A stretch of DNA of 64,000 nt from the human T2T-CHM13v2.0 reference genome, Homo sapiens. The notes below the pieces were generated by a model. The model had not been told where the DNA came from and did not search any database. It saw only the letters and a list, made by a program, of their open reading frames with translations. The stretch is taken from NCBI RefSeq assembly GCF_009914755.1, contig NC_060933.1; one strand, written 5' to 3'. Position numbers and translations under genes: made by a program. The stretch's first letter is position 1, and each line of letters begins with the position of its first letter. Positions 43,601 to 57,100 of the stretch are shown piece by piece.

Positions 43601-46600
43601 ATGCAATGGAATGGAATCATCCGGAATGGAATGGAATGGAATGCAATGGAATGGAATGGAATGGAATCAACCCGAGTGCAATGGAATGGAGTGAAATGGA
43701 ATGGAATGGAATGGAAACAACCAGAATGGATTGGAATATAATGGAGTGTAAGGGAATTGAATAGAATCAATCTGAATGTAATGAAATGGAATGGAACGGA
43801 ATGGAATGGAATAGAATGGAATGGAATGGAATGCAATGGAATGGAATCAACCCGAGTGCAATCGAATAGAATCGAATGGAATGGAATGCAATGGAATGGA
43901 TTCAACTTGAATGGAATGGAAAGAATGGAATCAACACGAGTGTAATGGCATGGATTGGAATGGAATGGAATGGAATCAACCCCAGTACAGGGGAATGGAA
44001 TGGAATGGAATGCAATGGAATGGAATCATCCGTAATGGAAAGGAATGGAATGGAATGGAATGGAATGGAATGGAATGGAATGGAATGGAATCAACTCGAT
44101 TGCAATCGAATGGAATGGAATGGAATTAACCCGAATAGAATGGAATGGAATGGAATGGAATGGAACGGAAAGGAATGGAATGGAATGGAATGGAATAGAA
44201 TGGAATGGAACAGAACGGAAAGGAACGGAACGGAACGGAATGGAATGGAATGGAGTGGAATGGAATGGAATGGAATGGAATCAACGCGAGTGCAGGGGAA
44301 TGGAATGGAATGGAATGCAATGGAATGGAATCATCCATAATGGAATGGAATGGAATGGAACGGAACGGAATGGAATGGAATGGAATGGAATGGAATGGAA
44401 TGGAACGGAACGGAATGGAATGGAATGGAATGGAATGGAATGGAATGGAATCAATGCGAGTGCAGGGGAATGGAATGGAATGGAATGCAATGGAATGGAA
44501 TCTTCCGGAATGGAATGGAATGGAATGGAATGGAATGAAATGCAATGGATTCAAATCGATTGCAATGGAATGGAATAGAATGGAATGGAATGGAATGGAA
44601 TTAACCCAAATAGAATGGAATGGAATGGAATGGAACGGAATGGAACGGAATGGAATGGAATGGAATGGAATGGTATGGTATGGAATGGAATGGAATGGTA
44701 CGGAATAGAATGGAATGTAACGAATTGTAATGGAATGGAATTGAATGGAATGGAATGGAATGGAATGGAATCAACGCGAGTGCAGGGGAATGTAATGGAA
44801 CGGAATGCAATGGAATGCAATCATCCGGAATGGAATGGAATGGAATGGAATCGAATGGAATCAACCCGAGTGCAATGGAATGGAGTGAATTGGAATGGAA
44901 TGGAATGGAATGGAACAACCCGAAAGGAATGGAATGTAATGGAGAGTAAGGGAGTTGAATAGAATCAATCCGAATGTAATGGAATGGAATGCAACGGAAT
45001 GGAATGGAATGGAATGGAATGGAATGCAATGGAATGGAATCAACCAGAGTACAATGAAATGGAATGGAATGGAATGGAATGGAATGGAATGGAATGCCTT
45101 CAAACCGAATGGAATGGAAAGGAATGGAATCAACACGAGTGGAATGGAATGGAATGGATTGGAATGGAATGGAATGGAATGGAATGGAATGATACGGAAT
45201 AGAATGGAATGGAACGAAATGGAATGGAATGGAATGGAATGGAATGGAATGGAATGGAATCGTTCCGAGTGGAATAGGAAGGAATGTATTCGAGTGGAAT
45301 GGAAAGGAATGGAATCAACCACAGTGGAATGGAAGGGAATGGAATGGATTGGAAACTAATACAATGGAATCAACCTGAGTGGAATGGAATGGAAAGGACT
45401 GGAATGGAAAGGAATGGAATGGAATGGAATGGAATGGAATGGAATGGAATGGAATCAACGCGAGTGCAGGGGAATGGAATGGAATCGAATGGAATAGAAT
45501 GGAATGGAATGGAATCAACCCGAGTGCAGGGGAATGTAATGGAACGGAATGCAATGGAATGGAATCATCCGGAATGGAATGGAATGGAATGGAATGGAAT
45601 CAACCCGAGTGCAATGGAATGGAGTGGAATGGAATGGAATGGAATGGAACAATCCGAATGGAATGGAATGTAATGGAGAGTAAGGGAGTTGAAAAGAATC
45701 AATCCGAATGTAATGGAATGGAACGGAATGGAATGGAATGGAATGGAATGGAATGGAATGCAATGGAATGGAATCAACCCGAGTACAATGGAATGGAATG
45801 GAATGGAATGGAATGGAATGGAATGGAATGGAATGGAATGGAATGATACGGAATAGAATGGAATGGAACGAAATGGAATGCAATGGAATGGAATCAACCC
45901 GAGTACAATGGAATGGAATGGAATGGAATGGAATGGAATGGAATGGAATGCAATGGAATGGAATGGAATGGAATGGAATCGTTCCGAGTGGAATAGGAGG
46001 GAATGTATTCGAGTGGAATGGAAAGGAATGGAATCAACAAGAGTGGAATGGAAGGGAATGGAATGGAATGGAAACTAATAGAATGGAATCAACCCGAGTG
46101 GAATGGAATGGAAAGGACTGGAATAGAATGGAATGGAATGGAATCAACTCGACTGTAATGGAATGGAATGGAATGGAATGGAATGGAATGGAATGGAATG
46201 GAATGGAATCAACCCGAGTGCAATGGAATGGAGTGGAATGGAATGGAATGGAATGGAACAACCCGAATGGAATGGAATGTAATGGAGAGTAAGGGAGTTG
46301 AATATAATCAATCCGAATGTAATGGAATGGAATGCAACGGAATGGAAAGGAATGGAATGGAATGGAATGGAATGCAATGGAATGGAATCAACCCGAGTAC
46401 AATGGAATGGAATGAAATGGAATGGAATGGAATGGAATGGAATGCCTTCAAACCGAATGGAATGGAAAGGAATGGAATCAACACGAGTGGAATGGAATGG
46501 AATGGAATGGAATGGAATGGAATGGAATGGAATGGAATGATACGGAATAGAATGGAATGGAACGAAATGGAATGGAATGGAATGGAATGGAATGGAATGG

Positions 46601-47190
46601 AATGGAATGGAATGGTTCCGAGTGGAATAGGAGGGAATGTATTCGAGTGGAATGGAAAGGAATGGAATCAACCAGAGTGGAATGGAAGGGAATGGAATGC
46701 AATGGAAACTAATAGAATGGAATCAACCCGAGTGGAATGGAATGGAAAGGACTGGAATGGAATGGAATGGAATGGAATCAACTCGATTGTAATGGAATGG
46801 AATGGAATGGAATGGAATGGAATGGAATTAACCCGAATACAATGGAATGGAATGGAATGGAACGGAATGGAGTGGAATGGAATGGAATCAACCCGAGTGC
46901 AGGGGAATGGAATGGAATGGAATGCAATGGAATGCAATCATCCGGAATGGAATGGAATGGAGTGGAATGCAAAGCAATGGAATCAACTCGATTGCAATGG
47001 AATGGAATGGAATGGAAAGGAATACATTGGAATCAACCCGAGTGGAATGGAATGGAAAGGACTGGAATGGAGTGGAATGGAATAGAATGGACTGGAATGG
47101 AATGGAATGGAATCAACTCGATTGGAATGGAATGGAATGGAATGGAATGGAATGGAATTAACCCGAATAGAATGGAATGGAATGGAATGG

Positions 47191-47220
47191 AACGGAACGG
47201 AACGGAACGGAACGGAACGG
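47191..47220 (+). repeat. (AACGG)6 CpG-containing variant-pentamer run
   Basis: Six consecutive AACGG units (reverse complement of CCGTT). Confidence 0.9.
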
Positions 47221-48464
47221 AATGGAATGGAATGGAATGGAATGGAACGGAACGGAACGGAATGGAATGGAAAGGAATGGAATGGAAAGGAATCAACGTG
47301 AGTGCAGGGGAATGGAATGGAATGGAATGAAATGGAATGGAATCTTACGGAATGGAATGGAATGGAATGGATTAGAATGGAATGGAATGGAATGGAATGG
47401 AATCAACCCGAGTACAGGGGAATGGAATGGAATGTAATGCAATGGAATGGAATCATCCGTAATGGAATGTAAAGGAATGGAATGGAATGGAATGGAATGG
47501 AATGGAATGGAATGCAATGGATTCAACTCGATTGCAATGAAATGGAATAGAATGGAATGGAATGGAATGGAATGGAATGGAATTAACCCGAATAGAATGG
47601 AATGGAATGGTATGGAACGGAACGGAACGGAAAGTAACCGAATGGAATGGAATGGAATGGAATGGAATGGAATGGAATGGAATGGAATGGTACAGAATAG
47701 AATGGAATGGAAAGAATTGGAATGGAATGGAATCGAATGGAATGGAATCGAATGGAATGGAATGGAATGGAATGCAATGGAATGGAATGGAACCAACCCG
47801 AGTGCCATGGAATGGATTGGAATGGAATGGAATGGAATGGAACAACCCGAATGGAATGGAATGTAATGGAGAGTAAGGGAGTTGAATAGAATCAATCCGA
47901 ATGTAATGGAATGGAATGGAACGGAATGGAATGGAATGTAATGGAATGGAATGCAATGGAATGGAATCAACCCGAGTACAATGGAATGGAATGGAATGGA
48001 ATGGAATGGAATGGAATGGAATGGAATGGAATCAACCCGAGTGCAATGGAATAGAGAGGAAAGGAATGGAATGGAATGGAAACTACCCGAATGGAATGGA
48101 ATGTAATGAAGTGTAAGGGAATTGAATAGAATCAATCCGAATGGAATGGAATGTAATGGAACGGAATGTAATGTAATGGACTGCAATGGAATCAACCCGA
48201 GTGCAGGGGAATGGAATGGAATGGAATGCAATGGAATGGAATCATCCGGAATGGAATGGAATGGAATGGAATAGAATCAACCCGAGTGCAAAGGAATGGA
48301 GTGAAATGGAATGGAATGGAATGGAAACAACCAGAATGGATTGGAATATAATGGAGTGTAAGGGAATTGAATAGAATCAATCTGAATGTAATGAAATGGA
48401 ATGGAACGGAAAGGAATGGAATGGAATGGAATGGAATGGAATGGAATGCAATGTAATGGAATCA

Positions 48465-48490
48465 ACCCGAGTGCATTCCATTGCATTCTG
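48465..48490. other. Inversion breakpoint 2 (GAATG to CATTC) at palindromic TGCA, 48472-48475
   Basis: Junction reads aacccgagTGCAttccattgc. TGCA fits both the left motif (cccgagTGCAatcg in paralogs at ~33160, 39830, 43856) and the right motif (catTGCAttcc). Confidence 0.92.
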
Positions 48491-50559
48491 GTTGTTTCCA
48501 TTCCATTCCATTCCATTTCAGTCCATTCCATTGCACTCAGGTTGATTCCATTCCATTCCATTCCATTGCATTCCATTCCATTCCATTCCGGATGATTCCA
48601 TTCCATTGCATTCCATTCCATTCCATTCCCCTGCACTCGGGTTGATTCCATTCCATTCCATTACATTACATTCCGTTCCATACCATTCCATTCCTTTCGG
48701 ATTGATTCTATTCAATTCCCTTACACTCCATTACATTCCATTCCATTCGGGTAGTTTCCATTCCATTCCATTCCATTCCTCTCCATTCCATTGCACTCGG
48801 GTTGATTCCATTCCATTCCATTCCATTCCATTCCATTCCATTCCATTCCATTCCATTCCATTCCATTACATTACATTATATTCCGTTCCATTGTACTCGG
48901 GTTGATTCCATTCCATTGCATTCCATTCCATTCCATTCCATTCCATTCCGTTCCATTCCATTACATTCGGATTGATTCTATTGAACTCCCTTACTCTCCA
49001 TTACATTCCATTCCATTCGGGTTGTTCTATTCCATTCCATTCCGTTCCACTCCATTCCATTGCACACGGGTTGATTCCATTCCATTCCATTCCATTCCAT
49101 TCCATTCCAGTCCATTCCATTCCGGATGATTCCATTCCATTGCATTCCTTTCCATTACATTCCCCTGCACTCGGGTTGATTCCATTCCATTCCATTCCAT
49201 TCCATTCGATTCCATTCCATTCCAATTCTTTCCATTCCATTCTATTCCGTACCATGCCATTCCATTCCATACAATTCAATTCCATTCCATTCTATTCCGT
49301 ACCATGCCATTCCATTCCATACAATTCCATTCCATTCCATTCCACTCCGTTCCGTTCCGTTCCGTTCCGTTCGGTTCCATTCCATTCCATTCCATTCTAT
49401 TCGGTTTAATTCCATTCCATTCCATTCCATTCTATTCTATTCCATTGCAATCGAGTTGAATCCATTGCATTCCATTCAATTCCATTCCATTCCATTCCAT
49501 TCCGTAAGATTCCATTCCATTGCATTCCATTCCATTCCATTCCATTCCATTCCATTCCATTCCATTCCATTCCATTGTACTCGGGTTGATTCCATTCCAT
49601 TGCATTCCATTCAATTCCATTCCATTCCATTCCGTTCCATTCCATTCCATTACATTCGGATTGATTCTTTTCAACTCCCTTACTCTCCATTGCATTCCAT
49701 TCCATTCGGGTTGTTCCATTCCATTCCATTCCATTCCACTCCATTCCATTGCACTCGGGTTGATTCCATTCCATTCCATTCCATTCCATTCCGGATGATT
49801 CCATTCCATTGCATTCCGTTCCATTACATTCCCCTGCACTCGGGTTGATTCCATTCCATTCCATTCCATTCCATTCCATTCCATTCCCCTGCACTCGCGT
49901 TGATTCCATTCCATTCCATTCCATTCCATTCCATTCCTTTCCATTCCAGTCCTTTCCATTCCATTCCATTCGGGTTGATTCCATTCTATTAGTTTCCATT
50001 CCATTCCATTCCCTTCCATTCTACTCTGGTTGATTCCATTCCTTTCAATTCCACTCGAATACATTCCCTCCTATTCCACTCGGAACGATTCCATTCCATT
50101 CCATTCCATTCCATTCCATTCCATTCCATTCCATTCCATTCCATTTCGTTCCATTCCATTCTATTCCGTATCATTCCATTCCATTCCATTCCATTCCATT
50201 CCATTCCATTCCATTCGTGTTGATTCCATTCCTTTCCATTCCATTCGGTTTGAAGGCATTCCAATCCATTCCATTCCCTTCCATTCCATTCCATTCCATT
50301 CCATTCCATTCCATTCCATTGTACTCGGGTTGATTCCATTCCATTGCATTCCATTCCATTCCATTCCATTCCATTCCATTCCATTCCATTCCGTTGCATT
50401 CTGTTCCATTACATTCAGATTGATTCTATTCAACTCCCTTACTCTCCATTACATTCCATTCCATTCGGGTTGTTCCATTCCATTCCATTCCATTCCACTC
50501 CATTCCATTGCACTCGGGTTGATTCCATTCCATTCCATTCCATTCCATTCCATTCCATT

Positions 50560-53500
50560 CCATTCCATTCCGGATGATTCCATTCCATTGCATTCCATTC
50601 CATTACATTCCCCTGCACTCGGGTTGATTCCATTCCATTCCACTCCATTCCGTTCCATTCCATTCCATTCCATTGTATTCGGGTTAATTCCATTCCATTC
50701 CATTCCATTCCATTCCATTCCATTCCATTCCATTACTATCGAGTTGATTCCATTCCATTCCATTCCATTCCAGTCCTTTCCATTCCATTCCACTCGGGTT
50801 GATTCCATTCTATTAGATTCCATTCCATTCCATTCCCTTCCATTCCACTCTGGTTGATACCATTCCTTTCCATTCCACTCGAATACATTCCCTCCTATTC
50901 CACTCGGAACGATTCCATTCCATTCCATTCCATTCCATTCCATTCCATTCCATTCCATTCCATTCCATTTCGTTCCATTCCATTCTATTCCCTATCATTC
51001 CATTCCATTCCATTCCATTCCATTCCATTCCATTCCATTCCATTACATTGTACTCAGGTTGATTCAATTCCATTGCATTCCATTCCATTCCATTCCATTC
51101 CATTCCATTCCATTCCATTCCGTTCTATTCCATTCCATTACATTCGGATTGATTCTATTCAACTCCCTTACTCTCCATTACATTCCATTCCATTCGGGTT
51201 GTTCCATTCCATTCCATTCCATTCCACTCCATTCCATTGCACTCGGGTTGATTCCATTCCATTCCATTCCATTCCATTCCATTCCATTCCATTCCATTCC
51301 ATTCCGAATGATTCCATTCCATTGCATTCCGTTCCATTACATTCCCCTGTACTCGCGTTGATTCCATTCCATTCCATTCAATTCCGTTCCATTACAATTC
51401 GTTCCATTCCATTCTATTCCGTACAATTCCATTCCTTTCCATACCATTCCATTCCATTCCATTCCATTCCATTCCATTCCGTTGCATTCCGTTCCATTCC
51501 ATTCCATTCCATTCTACTCGGATTAATTCCATTCCATTCCATTCCATTCCATTCCATTCCATTCTATTCCATTCCATTGCAATCGAGTTGAATCCATTGC
51601 ATTCCATTCCATTCCATTCCATTCCATTCCATTCCATTCCATTCCGGAAGATTCCATTCCATTGCATTCCATTCCATTCCATTCCCCTGCACTCGCGTTG
51701 ATTCCATTCCATTCCATTCCATTCCATTCCATTCCGTTCCGTACCATTCCATTCCATTCCATTCCATTCCATTCCGTTCCATTCCATTCCATTCCATTCT
51801 ATTCGGGTTAATTCCATTCCATTCCATTCGATTGCAATCGAGTTGATTCCATTCCATTCTATTCCATTCCATTCCATTCCATTCCATTCCTTTCCATTCC
51901 ATTACGGATGATTCCATTCCATTGCATTCCATTCCATTCCATTCCCCTGTACTCGGGTTGATTCCATTGCATTCCATTCCAATCCATGCCATTCCACTCG
52001 TGTTGATTCCATTCTTTCCATTCCATTCAAGTTGAATCCATTCCATTGCATTCCATTCCATTCCATTCCCCTGCAGTCGGGTTGATTCCATTCCCTTCCA
52101 TTCGATTCCATTCCATTCCATTCCGTTCCGTTCCGTTCCATTCCATTCCATTCCATTCTATTCGGGTTAATTCCATTCCATTCCATTGCATTCCATTCCA
52201 ATCGAGTTGATTCCATTCCATTCCATTCCATTCCATTCCACTCCATTCCAGTCCTTTCCATTCCATTCCACTCGGGTTGATTCCAATGTATTCCTTTCCA
52301 TTCCATTCCATTCCATTGCATTCCGTTCCATTACATTCCCCTGCACTCGCGTTGATTCCATTCCATTCCATTCCATTCCATTCAATTCCATTCCATTACA
52401 ATTCGTTCCATTCCATTCTATTCCGTACCATTCCAATCCATTCCATTCCAATCGAGTTGATTCCTTTCCATTCCATTCCATTCCATTCCACTCCATTCCA
52501 GTCCTTTCCATTCCATTCCACTCGGGGTGATTCCAATGTATTCCTTTCCATTCCATTCCATTCCATTGCAATCGAGTTGATTCCATTGCTTTGCATTCCA
52601 TTCCATTCCATTCCATTCCGGATGATTCCATTCCATTGCATTCCATTCCATTCCATTCCCCTGCACTCGGGTTGATTCCATTCCATTCCACTCCATTCCG
52701 TACCATTCCATTCCATTCCATTCCATTGTATTCGGGTTAATTCCATTCCATTCCATTCCATTCCATTCCATTCCATTCCATTGCAATCGAGTTGATTCCA
52801 TTCCATTTCATTCCATTCCATTCCATTACATTCCATTCCAATCGAGTTGATTCCATTCCATTTCATTCCATTCCATTCCATTCCATTCCATTCCATTCCA
52901 TTCCAGTCCTTTCCATTCCATTCCACTCGGGTTGATTCCATTCTATTAGTTTCCATTCCATTCCATTCTCTTCCATTCCACTCTGGGTGATTCCATTCCT
53001 TTCCATTCCACTCGAATACATTCCCTCCTATTCTACTCGGAACGATTCCATTCCATTCCATTCCATTCCATTCCATTCCATTCCATTCCATTCCATTTCG
53101 TTCCATTCCATTCTGTTCCGTATCATTCCATTCCATTCCATTCCATTCCCTTTCATTCCATTCCATTACATTCCACTCGTGTTGATTCCATTCCTTTCCA
53201 TTCCATTCGGTTTGAAGGCATTCCATTCCATTCCATTCCATTCCATTCCATTCCATTGTACTCGGGTTGATTCCATTCCATTGCATTCCATTCCATTCCA
53301 ATCCGTTGCATTCCATTCCATTACATTCGGATTGATTCTATTCAACTCCCTTACTCTCCATTACATTCCATTCCATTCGGGTTGTTCCATTCCATTCCAT
53401 TCCGTTCCACTCCATTCCATTGCACTCGGGTTGATTCCATTCCATTCCATTCCATTCCATTCCATTCCGGATGATTCCGTTCCATTGCATTCCGTTCCAT

Positions 53501-54195
53501 TACATTCCCCTGCACTCGCGTTGATTCCATTCCATTCCATTCCATTCCATTCCATTCAATTCCATTCTATTACAATTCGTTCCATTCCATTCTATTCCGT
53601 AGCATTCCATTCCATTCCATACCATTCCATTCCATTCCATTCCATTCCATTCCATTCCGTTCCGTTCCATTCCGTTCCATTCCATTCCATTCCATTCTAT
53701 TCGGGTTAATTCCATTCCATTCCATTCCAATCTATTCCATTCCATTGCAATCGAGTTGAATCCATTGCATTTCAATCCATTCCATTCCATTCCATTCCAT
53801 TCCATTCCATTGCAATCGAGTTGAATCCATTGCATTTCATTCCATTCCATTCCATTCCATTCCATTCCGGAAGATTCCATTCCATTGCATTCCATTCCAT
53901 TCCATTCCCCTGCACTCGCGTTGATTCCATTCCATTCCATTCCATTCCATTCCGTTCCGTTCCGTTCCATTTCATTCCATTCCATTCCATTCCATTCAGT
54001 TCCGTTCCATTCCATTCCATTCCATTCTATTCGCGTTAATTCCATTCCATTCCATTCGATTGCAATCGAGTTGATTCCATTCCATTCCATTCCATTCCGT
54101 TCCGGATGATTCCATTCTATTGCATTCCATTCCATTCCATTCCCCTGCAGTCGGGTTGATTCCATTCCATTCCATTCCATTCCATTCCATTCCAT
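50560..54195 (+). repeat. ~3.6-kb segment, copy A of a direct duplication with ~5.4-5.5-kb spacing
   Basis: Shares private variants with 56050-59575: tattagattcc 50811/56287, tggttgatacc 50851/56327, gtactcaggttgattcaattc 51050/56521, ctactcggattaatt 51514/56965. ORFs 51902..52321 and 57353..57772 are identical. Confidence 0.9.
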
Positions 54196-57100
54196 TCCAT
54201 TCCGGATGATTCCATTCCATTGCATTCCGTTCCATTACATTCCCCTGCACTCGCGTTGATTCCATTCCATTCCATTCCATTCAATTCCATTCCATTACAA
54301 TTCGTTCCATTCCATTCTATTCCGTTCCGTTCCATTCCATTCCATTCCATTCCATTCCGTTCCGTTCCATTCCATTGCATTCCATTCTATTCGGGTTAAT
54401 TCCATTCCATTCCATTCGATTGCAATCGAGTTGATTCCATTCCATTCCATTCCATTCCATTCCATTCCATTCCATTCCTTTCCATTCCGTTACGGATGAT
54501 TCCATTCCATTGCATTCCATTCCAATCCATTCCCCTGTACTCGGGTTGATTCCATTCCATTCCATTCCAATCCATGCCATTCCACTCGTGTTGATTCCAT
54601 TCTTTCCATTCCATTCAAGTTGAATCCATTCCATTGCATTCCATTCCATTCCATTCCCCTGCAGTCGGGTTGATTCCATTCCATTCCATTCCATTCCAAT
54701 CCATTCCATTCCACTCCGTTCCGTTCCATTCCATTCTATTCCATTCCATTATATTCGGGTTAATTCCATTCCATTCCATTCCATTCCAATCGAGTTGATT
54801 CCATTCCATTCCATTCCATTCCATTCCACTCCATTCTAGTCCTTTCCATTCCATTCCACTCGGGTTGATTCCAATGTATTCCTTTCCATTCCATTCCATT
54901 CCATTGCAATCGAGTTGATTCCATTGCTTTGCATTCCACTCCATTCCATTCCATTCCGGATGATTCCATTCCATTGCATTCCATTCCATTCCATTCCCCT
55001 GCACTCGGGTTGATTCCATTCCATTCCACTCCATTCCGTTCCATTCCATTCCATGGCATTGTATTCGGGTTAATTCCATTCCATTCCATTCCATTCCATT
55101 CCATTCCATCACAATCGGGTTGGTTCCATTCCATTCCATTCCATTCCATTCCATTCCATTCCATTCCGGATGATTCCATTCCATTACATTCCGTTCCATT
55201 ACATTCCCCTGCACTCGGGTTGATTCCATTCCATTCCATTCCATTCCATTCCATTCGATTCCATTCCATTCCAATTCTTTCCATTCCATTCTCTTCCGTA
55301 CCATTCCATTCCATTCCATACCATTCCATTCCATTCCATTCCATTCCGTTCCTTTCCGTTCCATTCCATTCCATTGCATTGTATTCGGGTTAATTCCATT
55401 CCATTCCATTCCATTCTATTCCATTCCATTGCAATCGAGTTGAATCCATTGCATTCCATTCCATTCCATTCCATTCCATTCTGGAAGATTCCATTCCATT
55501 GCATTCCATTCCATTCCATTCCCCTGCACTCGCGTTGATTCCATTCCATTCCATTCCATTCCATTCCGTTCCGTTCCGTTCCGTTCCATTCCATTCCATT
55601 CCTTTCTATTCGGTTTAATTCCATTCCTTTCCATTCCATTCCATTCCATTCCATTCCAATCAAGTTGATTCCATTCCATTCCATTCCATTCCATTCCATT
55701 CCGTTCCGTTCCATTCCATTCCATTCCATTCCATTCCATTCCGGATGATTCCATTCCATTGCATTCCGTTCCATTACATTCCCCTGCACTCGCGTTGATT
55801 CCATTCCATTCCATTCCATTCCATTCAATTCCATTCCATTACAATTCGTTCCATTCCATTCTATTCCGTACCATTCCATTCCATTCAATTCCAATCGAGT
55901 TGATTCCTTTCCATTCCATTCCATTCCATTCCACTCCATTCCAGTCCTTTCCATTCCATTCCACTCGGGGTGATTCCAATGTATTCCTTTCCATTCCATT
56001 CCATTCCATTGCAATCGAGTTGATTCCATTGCTTTGCATTCCATTCCATTCCATTCCATTCCGGATGATTCCATTCCATTGCATTCCATTCCATTACATT
56101 CCCCTGCACTCGGGTTGATTCCATTCCATTCCACTCCATTCCGTTCCATTCCATTCCATTCCATTGTATTCGGGTTAATTCCATTCCATTCCATTCCATT
56201 CCATTCCATTACAATCGAGTTGATTCCATTCCATTCCATTCCATTCCAGTCCTTTCCATTCCATTCCACTCGGGTTGATTCCATTCTATTAGATTCCATT
56301 CCATTCCATTCCCTTCCATTCCACTCTGGTTGATACCATTCCTTTCCATTCCACTCGAATACATTCCCTCCTATTCCACTCGGAACGATTCCATTCCATT
56401 CCATTCCATTCCATTCCATTCCATTCCATTCCATTTCGTTCCATTCCATTCTATTCCGTATCATTCCATTCCATTCCATTCCATTCCATTCCATTCCATT
56501 CCATTCCATTCCATTCCATTGTACTCAGGTTGATTCAATTCCATTGCATTCCATTCCATTCCATTCCATTCCATTCCATTCCATTCCGTTCTATTCCATT
56601 CCATTACATTCGGATTGATTCTATTCAACTCCCTTACTCTCCATTACATTCCATTCCATTCGGGTTGTTCCATTCCATTCCATTCCATTCCACTCCATTC
56701 CATTGCACTCGGGTTGATTCCATTCCATTCCATTCCATTCCATTCCATTCCATTCCATTCCGAATGATTCCATTCCATTGCATTCCGTTCCATTACATTC
56801 CCCTGTACTCGCGTTGATTCCATTCCATTCCATTCAATTCCGTTCCATTACAATTCGTTCCATTCCATTCTATTCCGTACAATTCCATTCCTTTCCATAC
56901 CATTCCATTCCATTCCATTCCATTCCATTCCGTTGCATTCCGTTCCATTCCATTCCATTCCATTCTACTCGGATTAATTCCATTCCATTCCATTCCATTC
57001 CATTCCATTCCATTCAATTCCATTCCATTGCAATCGAGTTGAATCCATTGCATTCCATTCCATTCCATTCCATTCCATTCCATTCCGGAAGATTCCATTC

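Larger units (their letters stand above)
33598..44510. promoter_or_regulatory. Eight perfect heat-shock elements GAAnnTTCnnGAA (13-mers starting at 33598, 35939, 37966, 38719, 40661, 41483, 42780, 44498)
   Basis: GAAtcTTCcgGAA (GAAacTTCcgGAA at 40661) read directly from the sequence. Confidence 0.55.
27038..48475 (-). repeat. HSat3 array, block 2, inverted (GAATG on + strand), ~21.4 kb
   Basis: The + strand switches to (GGAAT)n with CAACCCGAGT interruptions at ...ccattcc|gtgtgcaatggaa and stays so until ...cccgagtgca|ttcca. Confidence 0.97.

Noticed and set aside
27038-48475. Inverted block as a transposable element
   Set aside because: It has no terminal repeats distinct from satellite, no transposase or reverse transcriptase, and no poly(A). 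Its content is the same satellite as the flanks.
48339-48483. Junction 2 as a sequencing fold-back chimera
   Set aside because: An artefactual fold-back would give near-identical arms. These arms differ by many substitutions and a whole module, which indicates an old genomic event.
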